Below are positions 47,491 through 57,721 of a stretch of DNA of 64,000 bases, one piece after another (within the stretch, counting starts at the first letter, position 1; the number at the start of each line of letters is the position of its first letter). The notes under the pieces were generated by a model, which saw only the letters and a program-made list of their open reading frames with translations, was not told the DNA's origin and searched no databases. Both the position numbers and the translations under genes were made by a program. The stretch is taken from NCBI GenBank assembly GCA_965228475.1, contig OZ245817.1, forward strand, positions 3,872,001 through 3,936,000, written 5' to 3'. Source of the stretch: Myxococcota bacterium. Its GTDB lineage: Bacteria; Myxococcota_A; UBA9160; JAFDDA01.

Positions 47491-49374
47491 CTAGGCCGCC
47501 AGCCCGAGCCGGTCGAGCGTCTTCGGCTTCGGCACGCCGTGGGCGTCCCAGCCGCGTTTCTTGTAGTAGCGCGGCAGGAGCTCGCCGAGCGGGTGGCCCG
47601 AGGCGAGGCCGTCGAAGGTCGACTCGTTCAGGATGCGCGGCGGCAGCGTGTCGTACGCCCCGTCGACCCCCTCGCGCAGGTTGTAGAGCCGCTCGAGGTT
47701 GAAGATGCGCTCGCCGATCTCCTGGAGGTGCCCGCCCGAGAAGGTCGTCCCCGTGATGTAGGTGAGCCACTTCTCGAACCAGAGCATCGGCTTCCCCTTC
47801 ACCCCCATCGCCATGCGCATGAGCGGGCCGCTGTTCTCGAACAGCGTCGTCAGCACCTTGTAGGTGAAGGAGTTCGGGTTCATGTCGTGGATCTGCTTCG
47901 GGATCATCCCGTAGGTGGTGAAGATGCAGAGCACCATGCTGTTGATCGCGCAGGCGAGGTTCTGCTGCACGATCGGGATGTCCGCCTTGAGCTTCAGGCT
48001 CTGCGGGTTGATCGTGAGCGGCCCCGTCGATTCCATGTACATGCTCGCGCCCTGCACGTGGCAGCCGCCGCGGTTGGTCGTGGCGTACTCGACGCCCTGG
48101 GCGTAGGAGCCGCGCGGGTCGTAGGCCGAGAGCTCGAGCCCCTTCACGTGCATGGCGAAGTCGTGCCCGCCGTACTTCTGGCTCATGCGCCGCACGCCTT
48201 CGGCGAGGTCGTTGCCGATGCCGTCGCGGTGGCCGATCTGCTGGATGATCTCGGAGACGCCCTCGATCTTTCCGAACTCGAGCGGCACGTCGAGCATGCC
48301 GCGCTCGTGGAGCTCCATGGCGAAGCCGAGCGAGGCGCCGAGGCTGATCGTGTCCATGCCGAGGTCGTCGGCCAGGTAGTTCCACTCGTTCACCGCCTTC
48401 AGGTCGGTGACGTCGAGGTTCGAACCGAGCAGCGCCACGGTCTCGTACTCGGGCCCCTTCACGCGGCCCTTGCCCTCGATCTCGACGTCGCGCCCGCAGG
48501 TGACCGGGCAGTGGAGGCAGCTCGACTTCACGCCGACGAGCTCCGTGTCCTCCATGTGCTCGCCCGAGAGGTTCATGGCGTCCGGGTGACTGCCCTTCTG
48601 GAAGTTCCGCGTGGGCAGGATGTTCCGACCGTTCGTGGTGTTGACGATGCCCGCCGTGCCGAAGCGCTTCAGGCTCTCGCCCATCACCGGGTGCTCTTCG
48701 AAGAGCTTGCGCACTTCCTTCGTGTAGTCGCGGAAGGCCTGCTGGTCGTCCATCTCGAGCTTGCGCTTGCCGGCGACGCTCACGGCCTTGAGCTTCTTCG
48801 AGCCCATCACCGCGCCGACGCCCGTGCGCCCGGCGATGCGCTCGTTCGAGACGATGCCCGCGTAGAGCACCTCGTTCTCGCCGGCGGGGCCGATCACCGC
48901 GTGCTCGTGGCGCTTCGGCAGGAGCGTCTGGGTCTCGTAGGTGCCCTTGCCCCAGAGATCGCTCGCGTCGAGGAACTCGACGGCGTCTTCGTCGCCGTTG
49001 ATCTGGAGGCGCACCGGGCGCTCGGAGCGGCCCGTGATGAAGAGCACGTCGATGCCGGCGCGCTTCATGCCGTAGGCGAAGGAGCCGCCGCAGGCCGCGT
49101 TGCCGATCCCGCCCGTGAGCGGGCTCTTCGCCACCACGGCGAAGCGGTTCGACTGCGGGGCGACGGAGCCGTTCAGCGGGCCCGTCGCGAAGATCAGCGG
49201 ATTCTCCGGGCCGAGCGGGTCGACGCCGGCCTCGGTGCGGTCGTAGAGGAGCCGCGTCCCGTAGCCCTTGCCGCCGATGTACTGGCGGGCGATCTCTTCG
49301 TCGAGGGGCTTCCACTGGTGGGTGCGCTGGGTGAGGTCGACCTCGAGCACGCGCCCGGCATATCCCTTGATCAT
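47491..49374 (-). CDS. Aldehyde:ferredoxin oxidoreductase family (tungstopterin) enzyme
   Basis: KSPLTG, GPAGEN, GAVMGSKKLKA, CxxCxxxC, GPEYET, GMDTIS. Confidence 0.92.
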   Translation of the reverse strand: MIKGYAGRVLEVDLTQRTHQWKPLDEEIARQYIGGKGYGTRLLYDRTEAGVDPLGPENPLIFATGPLNGSVAPQSNRFAVVAKSPLTGGIGNAACGGSFAYGMKRAGIDVLFITGRSERPVRLQINGDEDAVEFLDASDLWGKGTYETQTLLPKRHEHAVIGPAGENEVLYAGIVSNERIAGRTGVGAVMGSKKLKAVSVAGKRKLEMDDQQAFRDYTKEVRKLFEEHPVMGESLKRFGTAGIVNTTNGRNILPTRNFQKGSHPDAMNLSGEHMEDTELVGVKSSCLHCPVTCGRDVEIEGKGRVKGPEYETVALLGSNLDVTDLKAVNEWNYLADDLGMDTISLGASLGFAMELHERGMLDVPLEFGKIEGVSEIIQQIGHRDGIGNDLAEGVRRMSQKYGGHDFAMHVKGLELSAYDPRGSYAQGVEYATTNRGGCHVQGASMYMESTGPLTINPQSLKLKADIPIVQQNLACAINSMVLCIFTTYGMIPKQIHDMNPNSFTYKVLTTLFENSGPLMRMAMGVKGKPMLWFEKWLTYITGTTFSGGHLQEIGERIFNLERLYNLREGVDGAYDTLPPRILNESTFDGLASGHPLGELLPRYYKKRGWDAHGVPKPKTLDRLGLAA

Positions 49375-49429
49375 CTCGGTCCTCCGCTGAAGCCTTCATT
49401 CTATCAGCCCCGGCGGTAGAATCCGGCGC

Positions 49430-50266
49430 GTGACGGAACCGAGCCAAGCGGAGATCGAGCCGGGGACCCTCCTCGCGCGCGTGGGCGAGGTGGCCCGCGA
49501 GAGCCTCGCGAGCGGCGCCCTCGACCCCCTCGCGACCGCGACCGTCCCCCTCGAGGAAGCCGGGATCCCGCTCACGGTCCGCGTCCTCGCCGGCATGGAG
49601 CGCAAGATCGCCCTCACCCGAAAGCAGCGGCGCACGGGCACCAACCCCTTCCTGCCCCCCGATCCCGAGCTCTACGTCGGCGGCTTCACCCCGACCCACG
49701 GCGTGCTGCTGAACAAGTACCCGGTGCTTGAGGATCACCTGCTGCTCGTGACGCGCGAGTACCGGCGGCAGGAATCCGCCCTCGACCGCGACGACCTCGC
49801 CGCCGCCCTGGCCGGGCTGCGGGAGTTCCCCTCCCTCGCCTTCTACAACGGCGGGCGCGCGGCCGGGTCGAGCCAGGGGCACAAGCACCTCCAGCTCGTC
49901 CCCCTGCCCGAAGGCGGGATGCCCCTCGCCGAGCGCTACCTCGAGCCGGGCCCGAGCCGGAGTCTCCCGTTCCAATCCGCGGCACGATACTTCGACGAAG
50001 ACGACCCCGAGTCCGCCCTCGCGGCGTACCGGGAGATGCTCGAACGGGCCGGCTGCGTGACCTCCGGCGACCCGCGGCCCTACAACCTCTTGATGACACG
50101 CCGCTGGATCGCCGTCGTGCCGCGCTCCCACGGCCTCTGGAACGGGATCCCCACCAACGGGCTCGGCTATGCCGGCATCCTCTTCGCCCTCGACGACCGG
50201 CAACTTTCACACATCCGCGACATCGGGCCGCTCGGGCTGCTCCAGAAAGCCGGCGTTCCCTGGTAG
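49430..50266 (+). CDS. ATP adenylyltransferase / Ap4A phosphorylase II-like
   Basis: NPFLP, LLNKYPV, FYNGG..AGSSQ.HKHLQ, YNLL. Confidence 0.88.
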   Translation: MTEPSQAEIEPGTLLARVGEVARESLASGALDPLATATVPLEEAGIPLTVRVLAGMERKIALTRKQRRTGTNPFLPPDPELYVGGFTPTHGVLLNKYPVLEDHLLLVTREYRRQESALDRDDLAAALAGLREFPSLAFYNGGRAAGSSQGHKHLQLVPLPEGGMPLAERYLEPGPSRSLPFQSAARYFDEDDPESALAAYREMLERAGCVTSGDPRPYNLLMTRRWIAVVPRSHGLWNGIPTNGLGYAGILFALDDRQLSHIRDIGPLGLLQKAGVPW

Positions 50267-50292
50267 ACTGCGGCCCGCGCCTGGAGGCCCCG

Positions 50293-51258
50293 ATGTCCGC
50301 ACCCCACTCCCTCCGCTGGGAGAGCCTGACGAAGCAGCAGTTCGACGCCATCGACCGCGAGCGCGCCGTCGTGCTGCTCTCCTGCTCGCCGATCGAAGTC
50401 CACGGCCCGCACCTGCCGATGGGCGCCGACGCCCTCGAAGCCGACGGCCTCTCGGAGCGCGTGCTGCGCTTCCTGCCCGAGCGCCACGCGGACCGCACCT
50501 TCCTGAAGCTGCCCTTCGTCTACGCGGCGACGGACTGCGTGCCCCAGCCGGGCTCGCTCTACTTCCAGCCGAAGACCACGATCACCGTGCTCACGGACCT
50601 CGGCCGCACGCTCGCGGCCCAGGGCTTCCGCCACGTCGTGGTCGGCAACTTCCACGGCGGGCCGCGCCACTTCCTCGCCATCGAGAAGGCCTGCCGTAAA
50701 GTCCAGCGCCGCTACGGCCTCGGCATGGTCTCGCTCTTCTCGCTGATGATCACGCGGCTCACGAAGGGCACGTCGAACCTCGACGACGTGCTCGGCGCCG
50801 TCGAAGGCGTGAACCGCGCGGATCTCGAGGGCGACACCCACGGCGGCCTCGTCGAGACCTCGCAGCTCCTCGCCCTCCACGGCGACTGGGTCGACCCGGA
50901 GTACAAGTCGCTCCCGCGCCAGACCGTCGACAGCTGGCTCGAAGAAAAGGGGCAGCCCAAGAAGGAGAAGCACCCGAAGGGCCTGCCGGCGATGATCCGC
51001 GCCTTCCGCGCGACCCAGGGCTTCTTCCTCGAGCGCAGCTACACGGGGACGCCGGCCGCCGCCTCGGCCGAGATCGGCGAGCGCTTCCTCGACGTGCTCG
51101 GCGAGCGCGCCGCGGAGGGCGTGACGGAGCTCCTCGACGGAACCATCGGGCCCGAGGACTGCCACTCCCCGATCTGGAAGATGCGCTTCCTCTTCCTGAA
51201 CCCGGTCATGACCCGCGCGATCAACCGGGTGATTGGATTCCGGAACCCGATCGCGTAG
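50293..51258 (+). CDS. Creatininase family protein
   Basis: EVHGPHLPMGAD, NFHGG, HGG..ETS. Confidence 0.85.
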   Translation: MSAPHSLRWESLTKQQFDAIDRERAVVLLSCSPIEVHGPHLPMGADALEADGLSERVLRFLPERHADRTFLKLPFVYAATDCVPQPGSLYFQPKTTITVLTDLGRTLAAQGFRHVVVGNFHGGPRHFLAIEKACRKVQRRYGLGMVSLFSLMITRLTKGTSNLDDVLGAVEGVNRADLEGDTHGGLVETSQLLALHGDWVDPEYKSLPRQTVDSWLEEKGQPKKEKHPKGLPAMIRAFRATQGFFLERSYTGTPAAASAEIGERFLDVLGERAAEGVTELLDGTIGPEDCHSPIWKMRFLFLNPVMTRAINRVIGFRNPIA

Positions 51259-54200
51259 CGATCGGAGGGGTCGCGGAGGCGCCGGCCACGGGCACCGGAT
51301 CGCTCCGGAAGAGCCCCTTGATGTCCTCGAGGATCACGTAGGCGCTCGGCACCAGGAAGAGTGAGATCACCGAGGCGAAGGCCACGCCGAAGGCGAGCGA
51401 CACCGCCATCGGGATCAGGAACTGCGCCGAGACGCTGCCCTCCTGCAGGAGCGGCGTCAGCCCGGCGAAGGTCGTGATCGAGGTCAGCACGATCGGCCGG
51501 AAGCGCTTCTCCCCGGCGATGCGCACGGCCTCGAGCAGCGGCTCGCCTTCGCTCCGACAGGTGTTGATGTAGTGCACGAGCACGAGGCTCGCGTTCACCA
51601 CCACGCCCGAGAGCGCCACCACGCCGAAGATCGACATCATCGAGAGGTTCTTCACCGCCTCCTTGTCGAAGCCCTGGCCGAGGATGATGTGGCCGAGGAT
51701 CGCGCCGACCAGCCCGAAGGGGATCGCGGCCATGATGATGAGCGGCTGGCCGTAGCTTCGCAGCGGGATCGCGAGCAAGGCGTAGATCAGGACCATCGCG
51801 AAGAGATAGGTCTGCGCGACGCCGCGGATCGTCTTCGTCTGCTCCCGCTGCTCGCCGCCGAGCTCGTAGCTCATGCCCGGGTAGTCCCGAAGCAGCATGG
51901 CGAGGTAGCCCGACTGGAGGCTCCGCATCACTTCGTTCGGCGTCGTCTGGGTGAGGTCGACGTCCGCCGTCACGGTCACCACGCGCTGGCGGTCGTTGCG
52001 CTTGATGCTCGCGAAGCCCCGGCCCCGGTCCGCCCGCGCGACGGCGTAGAAGGGCACCTCGCCGCCGTCGGGCGTGCGGATGCGCAGGTTTTCGAGGTCT
52101 TCGAGGGAGCGCCGCTGCGCCTCGGGGTAGCGGACCATGACCCGCACGTCGTCGCGGCCGCGCTGGATGCGCTGGGCCTCGGCGCCGTAGAAGGCCTGGC
52201 GCACCTGGCGCGCGAGGCTGTCGAGGGTGAGGCCGAGGGGCTCGGCACTCGGGAGCAGCGCGAGCTTGATCTCTTCCTTCCCCTCCTTGAAGGAGTCGGC
52301 GATGTCGAGCACGCCCGGGTACTCGGCGAGCTTCGCCTTCAGCCGGTCCGAGGCGACCACGAGCGCATTCACGTCCGCCGATTGCAGCCGGATGTCGATC
52401 GGGTTCCCGGCCGAGAAGAGGTCCGAGTCGAAGACGAGCTCTTCCATCCCGGGGATCGGCGGCGTGATTTCGCGCCAGCGCTGGGCCACCGCCTTCGACT
52501 TGATCTCGCGCTCGTCGCCGCTCAGGAGTTCGATGCTCACCTCGCCCACGTGCGAGGCACCGCCGGCCGCGGCGGCGAGGCTCGGCGGCCCACCCGCGCC
52601 GGCGGTCTGCCCCCCGGCCACGGCGTAGACGTGCTGGACCAGGGAGACGCCGTACTCCTCCTCGAGATCGCGCTTCAGGACCTGCGCCGCCTCCTCGATG
52701 GATTCGATCGCCCGCGCGGTCTCCTCGACCGGGGTCCCGAAGGGCATCAGCAGCCGGGCCGTCACGTAGTCCGACTCGACCGCGGGGAAGAAGTTGAACT
52801 TGAGCCAGCCCGTCCCCATCAAGACGACGGAGAGCATGAGGATCACCACGCCCGTGGCGAGCGTGGCGTAGCGCCAGTGGAGCACGCGGCGAAGCGCCGG
52901 GCGGTAGACCTCGCTCGCCAGGCGTTCGAGGCTTCCTCCGAAGAAGAGCTGGACGCGCTTGAAGCCGGCCGAGATGCCGTTCTTCTTCTTCGCCGCGCCG
53001 TCCTCCTCCTGCGGCCCGTCGTCCTTCATGTGCCCGAGGTGGGCGGGCAGGATGAGCTGGGATTCGACGAGCGAGAAGATCAGGCAGAAGACCACGACGA
53101 GGCCGATCGCACGGAAGACCTGGCCCATCGGCCCGGGCGCGAGGATCAGCGGCATGAAGGCCGCGACGGTCGTTAGCACGCCGAAGATCACCGGCGTCGC
53201 GACCTCCTGGGCGCCGCGAATCGCCGAGGGCAGCATGCCCTCCCCTTTTTCCTGGTGCCGGTGGACGTTCTCCCCGACCACGATCGCGTCGTCGACGAGC
53301 AGGCCCAATACGAGGATGAACGCGAAGGCCGAGATCACGTCGATCGAGAGGCCCGTGGGCACGAACAGGGCCAGCGCCCCGAGGAACGCGATCGGCACGC
53401 CGATCGCCACCCAGAACGCGAGGCGCAGGCGCAGGAAGAGCGCGAGCATCACGAACACGAGCACGAAGCCCGCGCGGCCGTTGCGCACGAGGATGTCGAG
53501 GCGGTCGCGCAGCACCTGGGCGCCGTCGCGCCACACCGTGAGGTGCAGGCCTTCGGGGAAGAGCGTGTCGCTCTCGGTCACCCAACTCTTCACGCGCTCG
53601 ACGAGGTCGAGGACCTTCTGATCGCCGACGCGGAACACCTGGACCATCACGGCCGGCTCGCCGTCGAAGCGCGCCCACTGGCGGTCCTCGTTGAAGCCGT
53701 CGACGACGGTCGCGATCTCGCCGAGCAGGAGGCGCGTGCCGTCGGCGCGGGTCAGGACGACGATGCGCTCGAACTCGTCGCCGGTGTAGGCCTGCCCCTT
53801 GGTGCGCAGCAGGATCTCGCCGGACGCGGTCTTGATCGAGCCGCCGGGCCGGTCGAGGGAGCCCTGCCGCACGGCGCGCACGACGTCGTCGAAGGTGATG
53901 CCGTGGCGCCGCAGCGAAGCCTCGGGCACCTCGATCGAGATCTCGTAGGGCCGCACCGAGGTCAGCTCGACCTGCGTGACGTCGGGCAGCGCGGAGATGG
54001 AATCGCGCGCGCGCTCGCCGAAGGTCTTGAGATAGCGCTCGCCGACGTCGCCGTGGATGGCGATCTGGAGCGCGTTCCGCCGGACGGTGAAGTGGCTGAC
54101 GATCGGCTTCTCGGTCTCGTCCGGGAAGGTCGTGATCCCGTCGACGGCGTTCTTGATCTCCGAGAGCGCGCGGTCGACCGAGTAGCCCGTGATCAGCTCG

Positions 54201-54481
54201 GCCGAGACGCCGCAGTTGCCCTCGGCCGCGGTGGAGGTGATCTCCTCGATCCCCTCGATGCCCTCGATCTCTTCCTCGATCCGGACGCAGACGCCCTCTT
54301 CCACTTCTTCGGGCGTCGCGCCGAGGAAGGCCACGCCGATCGAGATCACCTCGACGTTGATGTCCGGGAAGCTCTTCTGGTTGATGCGCGAGAGCGAAGC
54401 GAACCCGCCGACCACGAGGAGCGCCATCAGCAGGTTCGCCGCGACGGAGTTCTCGGCGAACCAGGCGATGATGCGGCTCAC
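51221..54481 (-). CDS. RND efflux permease (AcrB/CusA superfamily)
   Basis: GLLVDDAIVVGEN, RFRPIVLTSITT. Confidence 0.93.
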   Translation of the reverse strand: MSRIIAWFAENSVAANLLMALLVVGGFASLSRINQKSFPDINVEVISIGVAFLGATPEEVEEGVCVRIEEEIEGIEGIEEITSTAAEGNCGVSAELITGYSVDRALSEIKNAVDGITTFPDETEKPIVSHFTVRRNALQIAIHGDVGERYLKTFGERARDSISALPDVTQVELTSVRPYEISIEVPEASLRRHGITFDDVVRAVRQGSLDRPGGSIKTASGEILLRTKGQAYTGDEFERIVVLTRADGTRLLLGEIATVVDGFNEDRQWARFDGEPAVMVQVFRVGDQKVLDLVERVKSWVTESDTLFPEGLHLTVWRDGAQVLRDRLDILVRNGRAGFVLVFVMLALFLRLRLAFWVAIGVPIAFLGALALFVPTGLSIDVISAFAFILVLGLLVDDAIVVGENVHRHQEKGEGMLPSAIRGAQEVATPVIFGVLTTVAAFMPLILAPGPMGQVFRAIGLVVVFCLIFSLVESQLILPAHLGHMKDDGPQEEDGAAKKKNGISAGFKRVQLFFGGSLERLASEVYRPALRRVLHWRYATLATGVVILMLSVVLMGTGWLKFNFFPAVESDYVTARLLMPFGTPVEETARAIESIEEAAQVLKRDLEEEYGVSLVQHVYAVAGGQTAGAGGPPSLAAAAGGASHVGEVSIELLSGDEREIKSKAVAQRWREITPPIPGMEELVFDSDLFSAGNPIDIRLQSADVNALVVASDRLKAKLAEYPGVLDIADSFKEGKEEIKLALLPSAEPLGLTLDSLARQVRQAFYGAEAQRIQRGRDDVRVMVRYPEAQRRSLEDLENLRIRTPDGGEVPFYAVARADRGRGFASIKRNDRQRVVTVTADVDLTQTTPNEVMRSLQSGYLAMLLRDYPGMSYELGGEQREQTKTIRGVAQTYLFAMVLIYALLAIPLRSYGQPLIIMAAIPFGLVGAILGHIILGQGFDKEAVKNLSMMSIFGVVALSGVVVNASLVLVHYINTCRSEGEPLLEAVRIAGEKRFRPIVLTSITTFAGLTPLLQEGSVSAQFLIPMAVSLAFGVAFASVISLFLVPSAYVILEDIKGLFRSDPVPVAGASATPPIATRSGSGIQSPG

Positions 54482-55752
54482 GAGCGCGGCCTCTGGGCCT
54501 CGTCCGGCAGGTCTCCCTCGGCCAGGGGAGCCTCGCCGGATGCGTCGCTTTCGCCGTCTTCGGCGAGGTTGGCGGGGTCTTCGCCCGCGACACGAACCGC
54601 CATGCCGTCGACGACGGCGGGCAGCGCCGACACCGAGACGCGTTCCCCGGCCTCGAGCCCGCTCCCGACGAGCACGTGATCCCGCTCGCGGCGCAGCACC
54701 TCGACGGGCCGCAGGCGCAGGCGTGCCTCCCCGTCGACCAGGTGCACGTACTCGGCGCCGTCTTCGCTGGCGTGGATGGCCTCGCGCGGAAGCCGGATCG
54801 CGGAGTCGATGCGGCGCCCGTCGATCTCCGCCTCGACGAAGAGGCCGACGGCCAGCGGCACGCGCTCCGGGTCGGAATCGTTCTTGCCGTAGGGGTCGTC
54901 GACGCGGGCGACGACGTGGACCATCCGACTCTTGGGATCGATCTCGCCCTCGGTGCGGACGATGTGCCCTTCCCACGTGCGCGGACGTCCGGCGAACTCG
55001 GCGCTCAGCCGGACGGCGGGGCCTTCGCCGCCGAGCTCCTTGCCGGCGTAGCCGAGCGGCAGGTCGAGCCAGCGCAGCTCGCGGTCCGGCAGCGGGAGCC
55101 GCACCTCCGCCTGGTCGACGGCGTAGAGGCGCGCGATCGGGTTGCCTCGGTTCACGAACTGGCCGACGTCGACCTGCTTGCTGCGGACCCTTCCCTGGAA
55201 GGGCGCGCGGAGCTCCGTCCGCGCGTAGTCGCGCTGGGCGCGGGAGAGGCGCGCCTTGGCTTCGCGCAGCCCGGCCTCGGCGACCCGGAACGCGTTGCGC
55301 GCGTCGTCGATGCGCGCCTTCGAGGTCACGCCCTGCTCGAGGAGTTTCTGCTGGCGCGCGAGGTCCGTCTCGGCGCGCTCGAACTCGCTCTCGGCGCGCG
55401 CCACGGCGGCGCGTGCGCTCTGGAGCTCGACGCCGGCGTCGGCGCGGTCGATGCGCACGAGCGGCTCGCCCGCATCGAAGAACCCCCCGGAGACGAGGTT
55501 CGGCGAGATCCACACGACCTCCCCCGCGATCTGGGGAACGAGGTCGCTCTCGGTGCGCGGCACGACGGTGCCCTGGGTCGAGACGGTGACGTGCACGGGC
55601 TGGGGGTCGGCCGCGATGACGCGCACCACGGGCGCCACCGGCTCGGCCGGACGGGCTTCCACCGTCGGGCGCATCTGGATCAACGTCCACGCGGCGAAGA
55701 AGCCAACGGCGAGGATCACGACGGGCACGACGAACCGGGCAGTTCGCTTCAT
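54478..55752 (-). CDS. RND membrane fusion protein
   Basis: N-terminal anchor, lipoyl-like halves flanking a coiled coil, 'RAPFQGRV'. Confidence 0.92.
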   Translation of the reverse strand: MKRTARFVVPVVILAVGFFAAWTLIQMRPTVEARPAEPVAPVVRVIAADPQPVHVTVSTQGTVVPRTESDLVPQIAGEVVWISPNLVSGGFFDAGEPLVRIDRADAGVELQSARAAVARAESEFERAETDLARQQKLLEQGVTSKARIDDARNAFRVAEAGLREAKARLSRAQRDYARTELRAPFQGRVRSKQVDVGQFVNRGNPIARLYAVDQAEVRLPLPDRELRWLDLPLGYAGKELGGEGPAVRLSAEFAGRPRTWEGHIVRTEGEIDPKSRMVHVVARVDDPYGKNDSDPERVPLAVGLFVEAEIDGRRIDSAIRLPREAIHASEDGAEYVHLVDGEARLRLRPVEVLRRERDHVLVGSGLEAGERVSVSALPAVVDGMAVRVAGEDPANLAEDGESDASGEAPLAEGDLPDEAQRPRS

Positions 55753-56438
55753 GGCGTTTCACTCTCTTCCAGGGCGCGCAAACCCGCCGCAACGAACCGG
55801 ATCATCGCGTCGAGCACTTCTTCGTCCGTCCTGCCGGCGGTCTCCGGAAGATGCCCGGTCGAGGGGGCATCTTCGAGCTGGCCGCTCGCCACGTGGACCA
55901 TCACGCCGACGGCAAACTGGAGGCCGAGGGCGATCGACTCCATCGAGCGGCCCGGAAGGGTCCGGGCCACCGCCCGGGAAAAGCGCTCGAGCGTGGGGCC
56001 GAAGATCTCTCGCTTCAGCTCGACGACGACGGGCGGCGGGTCCGAGAACAGCCGCGCCGCCACGCGACGGAAGGTCGCGCCCCCGTCCGCGTGGGAGGCC
56101 CGGTGCTCGAAGATCGGCCGGAGGAAGACGTCGAGGAGGCGCTCGAGGGAAGGCGGCGTGCCCTCCCGCTCGAGGGCGTCGAGGCGCTCGAAGCGGGCGT
56201 TGGCGACCGGCTCGATCCGGCGCCGGACCGTCTCGCGCAGGAGCTCGTGCTTCGAGCCGAAGTGGTAGTTCGCCGCGGAGACGCTCGTTCCGGCCTGCTG
56301 GGTCACCGCCCGCATCGAGGTGCCCTCGAAGCCGTGCTGCGCGAACAGGTGCTCGGCGGCGTCGAGCAGGCGCTCGCGAGTCCGGTCCGGGTCGCGGCGC
56401 TGGTCGGGGCGGGTCTCGAGGGGCTCGGCCTGGGACAT
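55749..56438 (-). CDS. TetR/AcrR family regulator
   Basis: TRERLLDAAEHLFAQHGFEGTSMR...YHFGSK. Confidence 0.93.
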   Translation of the reverse strand: MSQAEPLETRPDQRRDPDRTRERLLDAAEHLFAQHGFEGTSMRAVTQQAGTSVSAANYHFGSKHELLRETVRRRIEPVANARFERLDALEREGTPPSLERLLDVFLRPIFEHRASHADGGATFRRVAARLFSDPPPVVVELKREIFGPTLERFSRAVARTLPGRSMESIALGLQFAVGVMVHVASGQLEDAPSTGHLPETAGRTDEEVLDAMIRFVAAGLRALEESETP

Positions 56439-56447
56439 CCTGAGGTC

Positions 56448-56475
56448 TCCGAACGATCGTTCGGAACGTACGTTC
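56448..56475. promoter_or_regulatory. Tandem palindromic operators, probable TetR sites
   Basis: TCCGAACGATCGTTCGGA (56448-56465) and GAACGTACGTTC (56464-56475) just upstream of the tetR start. Confidence 0.7.
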
Positions 56476-56539
56476 GACTGGGGCCCTTGGCAACTGGCCA
56501 GGCGAAAGACCTTCGGTTTCAATGTGTTACAAAAGGGCC

Positions 56540-56788
56540 ATGCTGGAGATCGCCTTCGTGGGGGTGCTCGCCGCCCTGGTCGGCTGCTTCGTCGGCCTGC
56601 GCCGGACCCAGGAACGCCGAACGGCCACCCTGTTCGTCGCCGCGCCCTTCTTCGTGCTCTCGGCCTACGAGATGGTGGTCGCGCGGGTGATGCCCGACGC
56701 GAACATCCGCCTCGACTGGTTCGTTCTCTTCCCCTGCGTGCTCGGCCTCGTGGCCCTGCTCGCCTACCGCTGGCGAGGGCTCGAATAG
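56540..56788 (+). CDS. Small membrane protein
   Basis: Three hydrophobic segments; 'ANIRLDW'; directly upstream of xth. Confidence 0.55.
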   Translation: MLEIAFVGVLAALVGCFVGLRRTQERRTATLFVAAPFFVLSAYEMVVARVMPDANIRLDWFVLFPCVLGLVALLAYRWRGLE

Positions 56789-56790
56789 CC

Positions 56791-57564
56791 ATGCGCATCG
56801 CGACCTGGAACATCAACGGCATCCGCGCGCGGATCGATTTCATGCTGCGCTGGCTCGAGGCGCGGCAGCCGGACGTGGTCGGCCTGCAGGAGCTGAAGAT
56901 CACGGACGAAGCGTTCCCCCACGACGTCTTCGCCGAAGCGGGCTACCGGGCGCTCGTCCACGGGCAGAAGAGCTGGAACGGCGTGGCGGTGCTCCTGAAG
57001 GAAGGCGTCGAAGGAGAAGTGGAGCAGGTCGGGCTGGCGGGCCAGGAAGAGTTCGGCGCGCGGCTGATCGGCGCGCGCATCGGGGACCTCTCCTTCACCA
57101 CCGTCTACTGCCCGAACGGCAAGACCGTCGAGCACGCGGACTACCCCCGGAAGCTCGACTGGTTTTCAGCCCTGGCCGAGTACGTCGAGGGCCAGAGCCA
57201 CGACGCCGCGGTCCTGTGCGGCGACTTCAACATCGTGCCCGCCGCCATCGACAGCTGGAACGAGAAGCGCTTCGCCGGCCAGATCTTCCACACCGACGAG
57301 GAGCGCAAGCGGCTCGCGCGGCTCTTCGACGCGGGCCTCGTCGATCTGTTCCGCGCCCTCCACCCGGACGAGGCGGCCTTCTCCTGGTGGGACTACCGGG
57401 GCGGCGCCTTCCACCGCAAGCAGGGTCTGCGGATCGACTTCCTGCTCGGCACGCGCGCCGTCGTCGACCGGCTCGAGAGCGTCACGATCGACCGCGACTG
57501 GCGGAAGAAGGTCGACGGGCTCACGGCGAGCGACCACGCGCCGGTCGTCGCCGAACTCCGCTGA
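56791..57564 (+). CDS. xth: Exodeoxyribonuclease III
   Basis: ATWNING, LQELK, GDFN, FSWWDYR, RIDF, SDHAPV. Confidence 0.93.
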   Translation: MRIATWNINGIRARIDFMLRWLEARQPDVVGLQELKITDEAFPHDVFAEAGYRALVHGQKSWNGVAVLLKEGVEGEVEQVGLAGQEEFGARLIGARIGDLSFTTVYCPNGKTVEHADYPRKLDWFSALAEYVEGQSHDAAVLCGDFNIVPAAIDSWNEKRFAGQIFHTDEERKRLARLFDAGLVDLFRALHPDEAAFSWWDYRGGAFHRKQGLRIDFLLGTRAVVDRLESVTIDRDWRKKVDGLTASDHAPVVAELR

Positions 57565-57721
57565 CACGCCAGCCTCCCGAGTGACCCATTCCGGATCGGG
57601 GCGAACCCCCGAGGCCCGCGGCCGGGTTTCCCCCGAGCCGGGCATCGCATCCGCTTGAAATCCCGAAGGTTCTTCAAGTCGGGGGGACCGAGGGTCGATC
57701 CCTCGAATTGGGCCGTGTGTC

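Noticed and set aside
57565..57721. Possible c-di-GMP riboswitch upstream of the GGDEF/EAL gene
   Set aside because: GC-rich and may fold, but I could not identify the conserved class I or II elements; needs an Rfam scan
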